A stretch of 64,000 bases of DNA. Origin: an uncultured Deinococcaceae bacterium (GTDB taxonomy: Bacteria; Deinococcota; Deinococci; Deinococcales; Deinococcaceae). Positions 52,401-61,618 of the stretch are shown one piece after another. The translations under genes and the position numbers were made by a program. Every line of letters begins with the position of its first letter. Within the stretch, counting starts at the first letter, position 1. Location of the stretch: assembly GCA_964252075.1 (NCBI GenBank), contig CAXULY010000001.1, forward strand, positions 32,001 to 96,000, written 5' to 3'. The notes beneath the pieces were generated by a model. The model was given only the letters and a program-made list of their open reading frames with translations. It was not told the DNA's origin and ran no database searches.

Positions 52401-55400
52401 GCTGCGCGTCAGGGTGACCTGACCGCCGAGCGCCGCGCCCACCAGCTGCAGGCGACCGCTCGCCTGCGCACCCTCCCCGTTCGAGAGCGTGAGGGTGGAG
52501 CCCGCCGCGGAGGCCACCAGCCGCGCCTCCGCGCCCAGCAGGCCCAGGTCGCCCGTCAGCTGCGGGCGCGCCTGCGGGCCGCTCACGCTGAAGTTCAGGT
52601 CCCGCGTCACGACCTGCTGCGGCAGGCCGCTCACCCGCCCGCTGCCCGCCCAGCCAAGCGTCTTGTCCTCGCGGACGGCGAAGGTGGCCGTCGCGCCGGA
52701 CACCCCCACGTCGCCGTTCGCGGCGAGCGCGCCGTCCCGGTACGTCGCCTGAACGTTCCCTTCCACGCTGCCGGTGGCGGACATGCGGGCCGTCACGCCG
52801 TCCGCGCCCGCCCGGCCCGTCACGCTCACGGTGCTGCCCGCCAGCTGCGCCTGCAGGTCCGTCACGGTCGCCGTGCCGGCCTGGTAGGTCAGCACGGGGC
52901 GGTTGCCCTGGCGCACGTCCGCGCGCAGGTCCGTCAGCGCGCCGCCGCCGCTGAAGGTCAGGTCACCCAGGCGCACGCCGGAGCGCTCCACGCCGCTCAG
53001 CTGCCCGCCGAGGTTCACGGTGAGGGCGTTCAGCGGTCCGGCCGCCGCGACGGTCAGCGCGCCGCGCCCGCTGGCGCCCAGCAGGCCCAGCGGCGTGACA
53101 TTCAGGTTCGCCTGCAGCTGCGGGATCAGGTCCTCGCCGGAGAGGGTGATTCGGCCGCTGCCCACCGCTCCGGCCGTCACGAGGTACGTCCCGCGTCCGT
53201 CGCCCGTGAGCCGCACGGGGTCGTTCAGAGCACCCAGTTGCGCGTTCACCTGCCCCGCCAGTTTCGGCCACCGGCCGCGCAGGTCCAGCTGCACGCGGTT
53301 GCCGCCCTGCGTGGCGGTCCCGTACAGCTCCAAGTCCGCGCCGAGCGGGCTGAAGGTCAGGCGCCGCGCGTCCGCGTACACGCGCCCGGCGTAGGGCGCG
53401 CGCAGGTCCGCGGTGACGCGCGCGTTCGGCTGCCGCGCCCGGCCGCCCAGGTCCAGCGTGAGTTGCGCCTCGCGCCGCGCCGTGGTGAGCCGACCCGCCA
53501 GCACGGGGTTCAGCAAGTCCCCCTGGCCCGTGATGGTGCCGTTCAGTTCACCCAGCCCGAAGCGCGTGAGGTCCAGGCGCGTGGCGGTCACCTGCACGCC
53601 CTGCGGCAGCGCGCCGCTCGCGACGAGCGTGCCGCCCAGGGCCGCCACGCGCAGGCTCCCGCCGACCGCGCCCGGGCTGTACTCCAGGTTCCCCTGCGCG
53701 CTGAATCGTCCCGTCTGCGCCTGCTCGCCGCGCACGTCCAACCCGCGCGCCTGCACGGTCAGGCCGCCCGGACCCCTGGTGTCCACGCTCGCCTGCCCGG
53801 TGAGGTCCAGCGTCGTGAGGTTCCAGGCAGGCGGGGTGAGGCGCGCCAGGCGCGCACCGCTCGCGCTCAGCTGCGCCTGCAGGCGACCCGCCGCGAAGCT
53901 GCCGTTCGCGCTCAGGTGCGCGCCCGCGAGGCGCACGGTCGCCGCGCCGCCCGCGTACCGCCCGCTGAGGTCCCCACTCAGGTCGCCCCCCTGGTCGGTG
54001 AGCGCCCCACTCAGCTCCGCGCTCAGGGCCTTCCAGCTGCCGCCGAGCGTCACGTCCCCACGGGCGCCCAGCTGCCCGGCGCGGCCCCACAGGGCGCCCA
54101 GGTCCACGTCACTCACGCGCAGGCGCGCGTCCGGCGCGCTGAGGAACCTGCGCCCCAGCGAGGAGGTCAGGGTGCCAGGTCCCACCCGCCCACGCACGTC
54201 CAGCGCGCCGTGGCCCGTGAGGTTCAGGTTCAGGTCCTGACCGCCCGCGCGACCGCGGGCGGTCAGGTCGCCCAGCCAGCCCGTGCGGGCGTTCCAGCCC
54301 GCCGTGCCCATGAGGTTCACGGCTTCCGTCGCGCTCAGGCGGTACGGCGCCCGCAGTGTGAAGGTCGCGTTGAGGAGCCCGGCGGGTGCGCCGCTCCCCA
54401 GCTGCCCGCGCGCCTCTCCGTCCAGCGCCGTGCCCTTGGCCTGCACGGTGTAGTTGCGGCCCGCGAGGTGCGCCCGCACCTCACTGCCCCCCACCTGGAG
54501 GCCCGTCGCCGCGTTCGCAAGGGTGCCGCGCGCCTCCACCTCCGGCGCAGCCGCGTCGCCTCGCACCGTGAGGGCGTACGTGCCCGGCAGGTAATCACTC
54601 AGGGTGGCGCGGGCGCTGACGTTCAGGGCGGGGTAGACCGCGCCGCTCGCGCTCAGGCGCGCGAAGGCGTTGCGCGCCGCCGCGTCCTGCACGCGCAGGA
54701 TCCGCCCGTCCCAGCGCACGGGCACGCTGACCGTCACGCCCGCCACCGCGCCACCGAAGCGCCCGGCGGCATGGTTCAGGCTGCCGCTCACGCTGCCGGA
54801 CAGCTGGCCCGCCGTGCCGGTCAACGCGCGCAGGTCCGGCGCGTTCACGCTGAGGGACCCCACCCAGCCGTCCGCGCCCTGCTGCGCCTGCCCGAGCAGG
54901 CGCGCACCCGAGACGCTGGCGTCCAGGCTGAGGCGCTGCGGGGCGTACCGGGCGCTCAGGTTCACGCTGTGCCCCTGGTACGCGCCCGCGGCGGTCAGGG
55001 TGAGGCCCTCACGGACGCGGCCCTCCAGGTGACCCTGCACGCCGTCCACCCGCAGGGCCGCGTTCGCCGTGGGGTACAGCGGCCCCTGCACCGACACGCG
55101 CGTGCCGCCCAGCGTGCTGTCCAGGGTGGCGGAGAGCGCGCCGCGCGCGAGCGTCACGCGCCCGCGCGCCGCCTGCGCGCCCGCCGACAGGTCCACGTCG
55201 AAGGTGCCCTGCCCGCGCTGCAGGTCCAGGCCCGGCAGGTCGAGGCGGCCGCGCACGCTGCCGGTGGCGCCCGCGAGGAACGGGCGCAGCGCGCGCCCAT
55301 CCACGCGGGCGTCCGCCACGCGCAGGCGCTGCGCCGTGAACGTGAAGGGCAGGTGCGTGCCCGGCTGGGTGAGGACACCGCCCGCCCGCAGACCACCCTG

Positions 55401-58400
55401 CCAGGAGACGTCGGCATCCCCGGTGAGGGCCTCGCCCGCGTAGCGGGTGTCCGCCAGGGTTGCCCGGGCGGAGGTGGGCGCCACGCGCACCACCAGGCGG
55501 CCGGGCACCGTGACGGCGCGCACCTGAGCGGGCAGCAGGGCCCACAGCGGCGCGAGGTTCACGCTCAGGGTGCCGCCCAGCGCGGGCAGCAGCGTCAGCT
55601 GACCCGTCACGGGGCCGCTCGCGGTGGCCCGCAGGCGGGCGCCGTCTCCCGTGACGCGCACGCGCCCGGCGCCGCCCGCGAGGTAGCGGAGGTCCAGCGC
55701 GCCGGACCAGCCGCCCGCGTACGTGAGGCCGCCCGCGGTGACGCGCAGCGGCGTCAGGCTCGCGGAGAGCGGCACGCGCTGCGCGGGGAGGCCCAGCGCG
55801 ATGCCGCTCACGTCGCGGCGCTGAGCGGCGAGGTCCAGCTGACCGCGCAGCGCCTGCCCACTGCCGCTCAGCGCGGCGTGCCCCCAGCTGCCCCGCGCCT
55901 GCACGCGCACGTTGCGCAGGGTGCTGGGGAGCGTGAGGTCCGCGGTGGCGTTGAGGTCCGTGCCGCTGAAGGCGCCGCTCGCCACGAGGTGCCCCTGCCG
56001 GGCGGTGAGGCGCAGCGCGCCCGCGCGCAGGTCGCCCGTCACGCGACCGCCCTGCGCGCTCAGCTGCCCCGTGAAGGTCTGCCCCGCCAGCGTGAGGCCC
56101 GCGAGGTCCACGTCGAAGGCCTGAAGGCTCGTGGCGTGCAGGCGCGCCGTGCCGCCCGCGCCGTCGGAGGCGGTGCCGTCCGCGCGGAACTGGTCCCGCT
56201 GGCCCGTGACGGTCGCGCGCACGTACACGCCCTGCGTGCGGGCTGTCACGCGGGCGGTGTACCGCAGGGTCGCGGCGTCCAGCCGGGCGGTTGCGCTCAG
56301 CTCGTCTGGTCCGGTGACGCGCAGCCGCAGCGCCCGCCACGGTCCGCTGGCGTTCACGCGATACCCGCCCGCCGCGCCGCTCGCCTGCACCTGTCCGGTC
56401 CAGCCGGGGCCGTAGCTGGCGTTCAGCTGGAGCGTGCCGGGCTGCCCGTTCGCGGTGAGGGCCAGCTGGCCCTGCGCCAGCACCTGCCCGTCCGCGTAGC
56501 GCAGGTTCACCCCGCCCACCTGCCCGCGGACGGCCAGGGCGGGCGTCAGGCTGCCGCTCAGGGTCACCGCCTGCGCGGGCAGCTGCACGCCCGAGGCGCT
56601 CAGGGGGGGCGTCCGTCCTTTCGCGCTGAAACCCAGGCGGCCGTAGGGGCCGCGCACCTGTGCCTGCAGGGTCTGGTTCTGGTAGGTCACGGCGCCCGTC
56701 ACGTTCACATCCGGGTACACCTGACCGTTCAGGCGCGCGCTCGCCCCCGCGCCCCGGGCGGTGAGCGTGGCGCTCAGGGCGCGCCCGTCTCCCGGCTGGA
56801 ACGCCAGGCGACCGCCGAGGTCCGCGACGCCCGTGAGGTCGCGCAGCACCGCGAGGTCCAGCGCGCCGCTGGCCGTCACGGCCTGCCCGCGCACGCTCGC
56901 GCGGGCCACTTCACTCCCCGTCCGCAGGCGGACGTTCACGCCGTCCCGCACGTCCACGCTGGCCTGCACGGCGCCCCCTGCGGCGCTGAGCGTCGTCGGG
57001 AAGCCCGCGGTGAGCTGCGTGCGGCCCGTGACGGCCTGCCCACGCACCCACCCATCCAGCGCGACCGAGCGGCCCTCACCCCGCAGGGTGAGGGTGCCGG
57101 GCGCGCCGCTGGCCGTGAGGCGACCGCCCACGCGGGGTCCGGCGGCCACCGTCAGGGCGCCGTTCAGCGTCAGGCCCGCGACGTGAAAGGCGTTCAGGCG
57201 GGCGCTCACCTCGCTGCCCGTGACGCCCAGCACCGCGCGGTCTGTGGTCCAGCGGCCGCTGTGGGCCTTCCAGTCGTAGGTCAGGGGACCGCTCAGGCGG
57301 TCCGCGCCGGCGGGCAGCGCGGCGGCGAGGTCGCCGGACAGCTGATTGCGCGGCACGTCCACCCGTCCCGCGCCGTTCAACGTGACGCCGTACGCGTTGA
57401 GGTCCCGCAGGCGCCACGTGCCCTGGTAGCGGCGGTCGAGGTCCACCTGCACCGCGCCGAGGTCCAGACGCGCGCCCCGCGCGTCCACGCGGCCGCTGCC
57501 CGACAGGTCCAGGGGCCCGGCCTGAAGGCGCGCCACCTGGAGGCGCAGGTCGGTCGGCTGTCCGCTCGCGCGGACGTCCGCGCGCACGCCGTTCATCACG
57601 GGCGCGAGGCGCGCCGCGAGGTCCCGCGTGCCAAAGTCGTAGCGCGCCGTGAGGGGGCCGCCAAGGGCGCGACCCGTGAGGGACACGCGGTTGCCGTTCA
57701 GCTGCGCGCCCAGGTCGAGGGGAGCGTTCAGCAGGGTGCCCGCGAGGCTGCCCGTGCCGCGCACGCCCACCTCCCAGTCCAGCTTCAGCTGCTGCTGCCC
57801 GCCGAGCGCGCCCAGCAGGCCGCTGAGCTCCACGCGGTTGCTCTTCTGCTGCTGGTACACGTACCGCACGTCGAGGTTCCGGACGGGCACGCCCGCCACC
57901 TCACCCGCGCCCGTCGCGGCCACGCGGGCGTCCACGCGCGTCCAGCCGCCCGCGTTCGCCGTCACGCGCGCCCGCCCGGATCCCGTCGTGCCGAGCGCGG
58001 AGGCGAGGCCGCCCAGCGTGGGTTCCGCGAGGGCGCTCACCGTCCACCGCTTCGCGCTGAGGTCCACCCGCCCCTGCGCGGACACCGGTCCCCCCAGGCC
58101 CACGCCGTTCAGCTCCGCCGTGAAGATGTTCCCGCGCTGCGTCAGGACGCCCGTCACGTCCTGCACGCGCGCGAACCGCGCGTTCGGGACCTCGATCACG
58201 CCCCCCGATAGTTTCAGGTCGCCCTGGATGGCGCGCCCGAAGGTGTAGCGGCCCGTGAACACCCCGCCCTTCACCGCATGCTTCCAGAAATAGTTGATGA
58301 GCCGAGCGTCCGCACGGATGTCCGCCGTGCCCGCCACCGGGTCGCTGCCCGGCTGCAGGCGCACGTCCGCGCGCAGGCCGCCCTCGCTGGTGGTGCCCAG

Positions 58401-58856
58401 CACCTGCGCGGCGTCCCCACTGCCCGTCACGCGCAGTTCCGCCTTCGGGAGGGCCAGCGCCCGCCCGTTGATGTTCGCACGGACGTTCTCGATGTCGAGG
58501 CGCCCCGGCAGCACCCGCCAGCCGCCGCCCGACGACTTCCCGCCCAGCAGCTTCCCGAGGTCCGCGTCCAGCACCGCGTCCCGCAGCGCCACATTCAGGC
58601 GCACGGTGCGCGCGCGCAGGTCCAGGCCCGCCACGCTCACCTGCGCCTGACCGGCGTGCGCGCCGAGGCCCGGCAGCGCCAGCCGTGCGCCCGAGAGGCG
58701 CGGCGCCCACAGCGGCCCGGACACGCCGGACGCGGTGAGGTGAAGGTCAGCGGGGAGCAGCGCGAGGGCTGCCCGGCCCCACAGGGGCAAACCGAAGAGC
58801 GCGAGGCCCACCAGCAGCACGAGAATGGCCACGAGCAGCCAGCGGAGACGGGGCAT
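49404..58856 (-). CDS. tamB: Giant TamB/AsmA-like translocation and assembly module protein
   Basis: N-terminal anchor, ~3100 aa of amphipathic beta-taco repeats, DUF490-like C-terminus ending GYDLKF. TAAAAT 7 nt before ATG 58856. Confidence 0.85.
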   Translation of the reverse strand: MPRLRWLLVAILVLLVGLALFGLPLWGRAALALLPADLHLTASGVSGPLWAPRLSGARLALPGLGAHAGQAQVSVAGLDLRARTVRLNVALRDAVLDADLGKLLGGKSSGGGWRVLPGRLDIENVRANINGRALALPKAELRVTGSGDAAQVLGTTSEGGLRADVRLQPGSDPVAGTADIRADARLINYFWKHAVKGGVFTGRYTFGRAIQGDLKLSGGVIEVPNARFARVQDVTGVLTQRGNIFTAELNGVGLGGPVSAQGRVDLSAKRWTVSALAEPTLGGLASALGTTGSGRARVTANAGGWTRVDARVAATGAGEVAGVPVRNLDVRYVYQQQKSNRVELSGLLGALGGQQQLKLDWEVGVRGTGSLAGTLLNAPLDLGAQLNGNRVSLTGRALGGPLTARYDFGTRDLAARLAPVMNGVRADVRASGQPTDLRLQVARLQAGPLDLSGSGRVDARGARLDLGAVQVDLDRRYQGTWRLRDLNAYGVTLNGAGRVDVPRNQLSGDLAAALPAGADRLSGPLTYDWKAHSGRWTTDRAVLGVTGSEVSARLNAFHVAGLTLNGALTVAAGPRVGGRLTASGAPGTLTLRGEGRSVALDGWVRGQAVTGRTQLTAGFPTTLSAAGGAVQASVDVRDGVNVRLRTGSEVARASVRGQAVTASGALDLAVLRDLTGVADLGGRLAFQPGDGRALSATLTARGAGASARLNGQVYPDVNVTGAVTYQNQTLQAQVRGPYGRLGFSAKGRTPPLSASGVQLPAQAVTLSGSLTPALAVRGQVGGVNLRYADGQVLAQGQLALTANGQPGTLQLNASYGPGWTGQVQASGAAGGYRVNASGPWRALRLRVTGPDELSATARLDAATLRYTARVTARTQGVYVRATVTGQRDQFRADGTASDGAGGTARLHATSLQAFDVDLAGLTLAGQTFTGQLSAQGGRVTGDLRAGALRLTARQGHLVASGAFSGTDLNATADLTLPSTLRNVRVQARGSWGHAALSGSGQALRGQLDLAAQRRDVSGIALGLPAQRVPLSASLTPLRVTAGGLTYAGGWSGALDLRYLAGGAGRVRVTGDGARLRATASGPVTGQLTLLPALGGTLSVNLAPLWALLPAQVRAVTVPGRLVVRVAPTSARATLADTRYAGEALTGDADVSWQGGLRAGGVLTQPGTHLPFTFTAQRLRVADARVDGRALRPFLAGATGSVRGRLDLPGLDLQRGQGTFDVDLSAGAQAARGRVTLARGALSATLDSTLGGTRVSVQGPLYPTANAALRVDGVQGHLEGRVREGLTLTAAGAYQGHSVNLSARYAPQRLSLDASVSGARLLGQAQQGADGWVGSLSVNAPDLRALTGTAGQLSGSVSGSLNHAAGRFGGAVAGVTVSVPVRWDGRILRVQDAAARNAFARLSASGAVYPALNVSARATLSDYLPGTYALTVRGDAAAPEVEARGTLANAATGLQVGGSEVRAHLAGRNYTVQAKGTALDGEARGQLGSGAPAGLLNATFTLRAPYRLSATEAVNLMGTAGWNARTGWLGDLTARGRAGGQDLNLNLTGHGALDVRGRVGPGTLTSSLGRRFLSAPDARLRVSDVDLGALWGRAGQLGARGDVTLGGSWKALSAELSGALTDQGGDLSGDLSGRYAGGAATVRLAGAHLSANGSFAAGRLQAQLSASGARLARLTPPAWNLTTLDLTGQASVDTRGPGGLTVQARGLDVRGEQAQTGRFSAQGNLEYSPGAVGGSLRVAALGGTLVASGALPQGVQVTATRLDLTRFGLGELNGTITGQGDLLNPVLAGRLTTARREAQLTLDLGGRARQPNARVTADLRAPYAGRVYADARRLTFSPLGADLELYGTATQGGNRVQLDLRGRWPKLAGQVNAQLGALNDPVRLTGDGRGTYLVTAGAVGSGRITLSGEDLIPQLQANLNVTPLGLLGASGRGALTVAAAGPLNALTVNLGGQLSGVERSGVRLGDLTFSGGGALTDLRADVRQGNRPVLTYQAGTATVTDLQAQLAGSTVSVTGRAGADGVTARMSATGSVEGNVQATYRDGALAANGDVGVSGATATFAVREDKTLGWAGSGRVSGLPQQVVTRDLNFSVSGPQARPQLTGDLGLLGAEARLVASAAGSTLTLSNGEGAQASGRLQLVGAALGGQVTLTRSEGRVRLALSGTTSAPQARVDGLLGGWTASGALGLKSGQLALGDGERSGTLQYADGALQVDLPGLDLARLKLVQVAGRVTATGRVALDGQSGQVQLGIAGLTTGGTLPLVNLPVRGDLTARVTGVAGTWSAQVQATHPNGTLGASLGYRAGRSVTGRVDAQLAQGGGDLRANLQLTGGGVQGRVNVTDFPLTSMGLTERLTALVELTGQDFTVTASAAGDAGRLRASGGGAIADVYAPLGRALGLQGGSGYQVDAQLSGLDLQALKLAPYLNGTATGSATVTDGGASFVLRAADLRADGVPLPTRVEGTLAGDQWRIRGNVGDSQLFGSVQGGALSGRLTLTALPVSNLVGAITGPLPGSALLTGVARFDVPLADPLSGSADLVLERLTVRGSGQTLSGQGVLAYRNRELSSLNVQLSGAGTWDIQGQYTRRKVDVRAALSGTDFTPLLALVPSIRDQQPTLRGDLTLTVGGTYDAPQASLNAPNFRGSLGDYRLDNLALSGTLGGGRFSAQGRLGLSGAAASQSTLSLSGELGGGRLSNTVAQLRGNLALRQVGSIGSLFAQVSQQADRWALDATATQGGTLRVEGNLTPALDLRIAARAYAPQLPVIYGRETSFTGDLTLGARGSDFVLGGALRADRLVLGSVAAPAGTTPAKASATDQPKDASAGFVSPLPPELTTFPTKNGKPPENPLLSRIVLDNIPITLPNGARIDEDLIRADLAGGLTLAGRASDLRLTGSVQTTRGTVFLRENEFTVRSGVATFDGQSAFPTFSVQASGNVPDQGNQGAPVGVNVNITGSFPFADDGTRALKLDTRFACTANCQANGHDYSAANPNAEAQLYALVALGTPDIGSLPGNIGGLGTSALRTALNVFVLGQVERGLAQAFGVDVFRIRTNLLDATLNGTGDITAQFTVGSYLTRELFFEYSIDLTGQGLLDATYTTPDNRFTFRVSTPLSGLNLSTLRPSFTFGFNVTPSSSITLGVENGATSNAFRVGYDLKF

Positions 58857-58921
58857 CACGAGTATTTTAAGGGGAAAGCGGTGAGGAACTCGACAGGGGC
58901 GCCGTGCGCTAGCTTGAAGCC

Positions 58922-59185
58922 ATGCGTCTCACCGCTCTCGTTCATGGACTCGTGCAGGGCGTCGGTTACCGCCGGTACGTGCAGTCCCGCGCGCGCGACC
59001 TCGGACTCGCGGGGTACGCGGAGAACCTCTCCGACGGCCGCGTGGAGGTCATCGCGGAGGGGGACGAACCGGACCTGCGTCACCTCCTGCACTGGCTGCG
59101 CCGCGGCCCGCCGCACGCCGAAGTGAAGGGCGTCGAGGAGCAGTGGAGTGAGGGCTCGGGCCTCACGGACTTCCACGTGTACTGA
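58922..59185 (+). CDS. acyP: Acylphosphatase
   Basis: [24 protein letters not shown] and GPP. Confidence 0.95.
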   Translation: MRLTALVHGLVQGVGYRRYVQSRARDLGLAGYAENLSDGRVEVIAEGDEPDLRHLLHWLRRGPPHAEVKGVEEQWSEGSGLTDFHVY

Positions 59186-59358
59186 ATTCAGAAGGGGTGT
59201 GGGCGCGCTCAAGGCTTCGTGACATCCGCCTGACGCGCTGTGCGCTACACTTCGGGCAAGTTGAACGGACCGGCGTTGACGAGGACTCAGGAGCAGCGGG
59301 CCAGCGTGCCCGCCAGCCCAGGAGCCCCCGCCGCGCCGCGCCTCCCCGAAACGCGCAG

Positions 59359-59394
59359 ACAGCAGGCCGCCACGTTGGCGGCCTGCTGTGTTTT
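59359..59394 (+). terminator. Intrinsic terminator-like hairpin upstream of the HTH gene
   Basis: ACAGCAGGCCGCCA-CGT-TGGCGGCCTGCTGT followed by GTTTT. Confidence 0.55.
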
Positions 59395-59442
59395 GGGAGG
59401 TCCGCTCGGCCCACACCGCCCCATTCACACCCGGAGGGACGA

Positions 59443-59646
59443 ATGACGCTACGCGAGCAGTTCAAGACGCTCCCCAAACTCCTCAAGGTCACCGAGGTCT
59501 GCGAATTCACCGGCACGCACGAACGCACCGTGCGCCGCTGGATCCGCGATGGCCGCCTCGACGCCGTCGAGAGCCCCATGGGCCTGCGCGTCCCGCGCCG
59601 CAGCCTGTGGCGCTTCCTGGGTCTGCACCTCGCACTGAGCGCCTGA
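59443..59646 (+). CDS. Excisionase-like (HTH_17) DNA-binding protein
   Basis: GGAGG SD; LLKVTEVCEFTGTHERTVRRWIRDGRL.AV...RVP. Confidence 0.85.
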   Translation: MTLREQFKTLPKLLKVTEVCEFTGTHERTVRRWIRDGRLDAVESPMGLRVPRRSLWRFLGLHLALSA

Positions 59647-59672
59647 ACCGCCCCGCGTTACACTGGGCCCGC

Positions 59673-60305
59673 ATGCGGCCCGAGCCCCGTCCCTCCCTCA
59701 CCGAAGCGCACGCGGCCCTGGCGGCGGGCCACCCCACGCTCGCCGCCCAGGGCTACCGGCAGTGCCTGCCCCTGTGGCCGGACGAGGCCCGCCTGGGCCT
59801 CGCGGCCGCGCTGCTGCGCCTGGGGCGCACCGCGGAGGCCCGCGAGGTGCTTGCGGGCGCCCCGCCTGACACCCGCCGCGCGGTGCTCGACGCCCGCGCG
59901 GACTGGCTGGACGCCCGCCCCACCGCGCTGCCCGGCGCCCTGGACGCCCGGCGCCTGGCGCGGCAGGAGGGCGACGGCCCCGCCCTGGTGGCCGCCGTGA
60001 CGCTCCTCGGCGAGTTGCAGCTGAGCGCCGGGGACGCGCGCACGGCCCTGCGGACCCTCGCGGAGGGCCTGAAGGTCACGGAGCTCATGCACGCGCCCGC
60101 CGACGCGCACCTCCTGGCGGTGCTGGCGCGCGTGCAGGCGGTCGTGGGCAGCGCCGCGAAGGCCCGCCGCACGGCCGAGAAGGCGCTGGAGCGCAGCCAG
60201 CCTGGGTCCCCTGCGCGGGTTGCGGCGCTCCTCGCGCTCGACCGGCCGGATGAGGCGCGCGCGGAGGCCGAACACGGCGAACTGCACACCAGTCACCTCC
60301 GCTGA
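59673..60305 (+). CDS. TPR-like Ala-rich protein
   Basis: EARLGLAAALLRLGRTAEA-type helical repeats; TACACT shortly upstream of ATG. Confidence 0.72.
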   Translation: MRPEPRPSLTEAHAALAAGHPTLAAQGYRQCLPLWPDEARLGLAAALLRLGRTAEAREVLAGAPPDTRRAVLDARADWLDARPTALPGALDARRLARQEGDGPALVAAVTLLGELQLSAGDARTALRTLAEGLKVTELMHAPADAHLLAVLARVQAVVGSAAKARRTAEKALERSQPGSPARVAALLALDRPDEARAEAEHGELHTSHLR

Positions 60306-60369
60306 GCGCCCCGCGCTGCGTTGAGGGGCGTTGAGCGCCCGAGCGCCCGGTGTCGTCCCCAGGCGGGCG

Positions 60370-61596
60370 TCACGCCGGAGCGACCTCCAGCTGCCGCAAG
60401 CCGCGGATCACGAAGCCCCCACCGAAGTCCGAATCATGCCCCGCGAGGCGCAGGTCCGGCAGGCGGCGCGCCAGCGCGCCCAGCGCGATCTCCAGTTCCA
60501 TTCGGGCGAGCGGCGCGCCGAGGCAGTAATGAATGCCCAGCCCAAAGGTGAGGTGCGCGTTCGGGCTGCGGTCCAGCCGCAGGTCGTCCGGCGCGTCGAA
60601 CTTCGCGGCGTCGCGATTGCCGCTCGCGTACAGCAGCGCCACCTCCTGCCCCTGCCGGAGCGTGTGGCCCGCCACCTCCACGTCCTCCAGCACCCAGCGC
60701 TCGAACATCGGGAGGGGCGTGTCGAAGCGCAGCAGTTCCTCCACCGCCGCGCGCCGTCCGATCTCGGGGAGCGACTGCACCTCGGGCCAGCGGCCCTGGA
60801 GCAGCACCTGCCGCACGCCCAGCCCCAGGCCGTTCACGCTCGCCTCGTGCCCGGCGTTCAGCAGCAGGATGCACGACCCGATGAGTTCCGCCTCACTCAG
60901 GCGGTCCCCGGCCTCCTCGGCCTGCGCGAGCGCCGAGATCAGGTCGTCCTGCGGCGCGCGGCGCCGCACCGCGAGCAGTTCGCGCAGCAGCGCGCTGAAC
61001 TCGATCACGGCGTCGTTCCCGGCGCGCTGCTGCTCCGGCGTGTACCCCAGCTCGTACAGTTTCACGATGGCCGCCGACCAGGGGCGCAGCTGCGCGCGGT
61101 GCTCCTCGGGCACGCCCAGCAGTTCCGCGATGACCGTGACGGGCAGCGGCGCCGCGTACTCCTCGATCAGATCGAAGCTGGGCCGCTGCGCGAGCGCGTC
61201 CAGCTGGCGCGCCACGATGTCCTCCACCCGCGAGCGCAGCGCCTCCACGCGCCGCGGCGTGAAGGCCTGCGCGACCAGCGACCGCAGCCTCGTGTGCTGC
61301 GGCGGCTCGGCGTCCAGCATGTGACCGTCCTGGAAGGTGTCGAACTCCCGCTGCCGGGGGTCGCGCGGCGGCCACCCCAGCTCGTCGCGCGACAGGCGGT
61401 GCGTGATGGACCGCCCGAAGTGCCGCGAGTCGCGCAGCACCGCGCTGATGTCCGCGTAGCGCGCCATGAAGACCTTCTGCCACACCGGGTCGTAGAAGAC
61501 GGGGAGTTCCGCACGCAGGCGCTCCAGGGTGGGGTACGGATCGCGGATGAAGGCCGGGTCGTTCAGGTCGAGGTGGTGTTCGGGCAGGCTGGACAC
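60370..61596 (-). CDS. Cytochrome P450
   Basis: PPQHTRLR, AGHEAS, EELLR and FGLGIHYCLG heme ligand. Confidence 0.96.
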   Translation of the reverse strand: MSSLPEHHLDLNDPAFIRDPYPTLERLRAELPVFYDPVWQKVFMARYADISAVLRDSRHFGRSITHRLSRDELGWPPRDPRQREFDTFQDGHMLDAEPPQHTRLRSLVAQAFTPRRVEALRSRVEDIVARQLDALAQRPSFDLIEEYAAPLPVTVIAELLGVPEEHRAQLRPWSAAIVKLYELGYTPEQQRAGNDAVIEFSALLRELLAVRRRAPQDDLISALAQAEEAGDRLSEAELIGSCILLLNAGHEASVNGLGLGVRQVLLQGRWPEVQSLPEIGRRAAVEELLRFDTPLPMFERWVLEDVEVAGHTLRQGQEVALLYASGNRDAAKFDAPDDLRLDRSPNAHLTFGLGIHYCLGAPLARMELEIALGALARRLPDLRLAGHDSDFGGGFVIRGLRQLEVAPA

Positions 61597-61618
61597 CCGT
61601 CCAGTGTAAGGGCCGCCC

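Noticed and set aside
59268..59330. GTTGACGAGGA, resembling part of the glmS ribozyme core
   Set aside because: The upstream AGCGCC and downstream ATCGA/CGGCGG elements are missing and no glmS gene follows.
59443..59646. Mobile element implied by the excisionase-like gene
   Set aside because: No integrase, att-like repeats or tRNA nearby; flanked by housekeeping genes.
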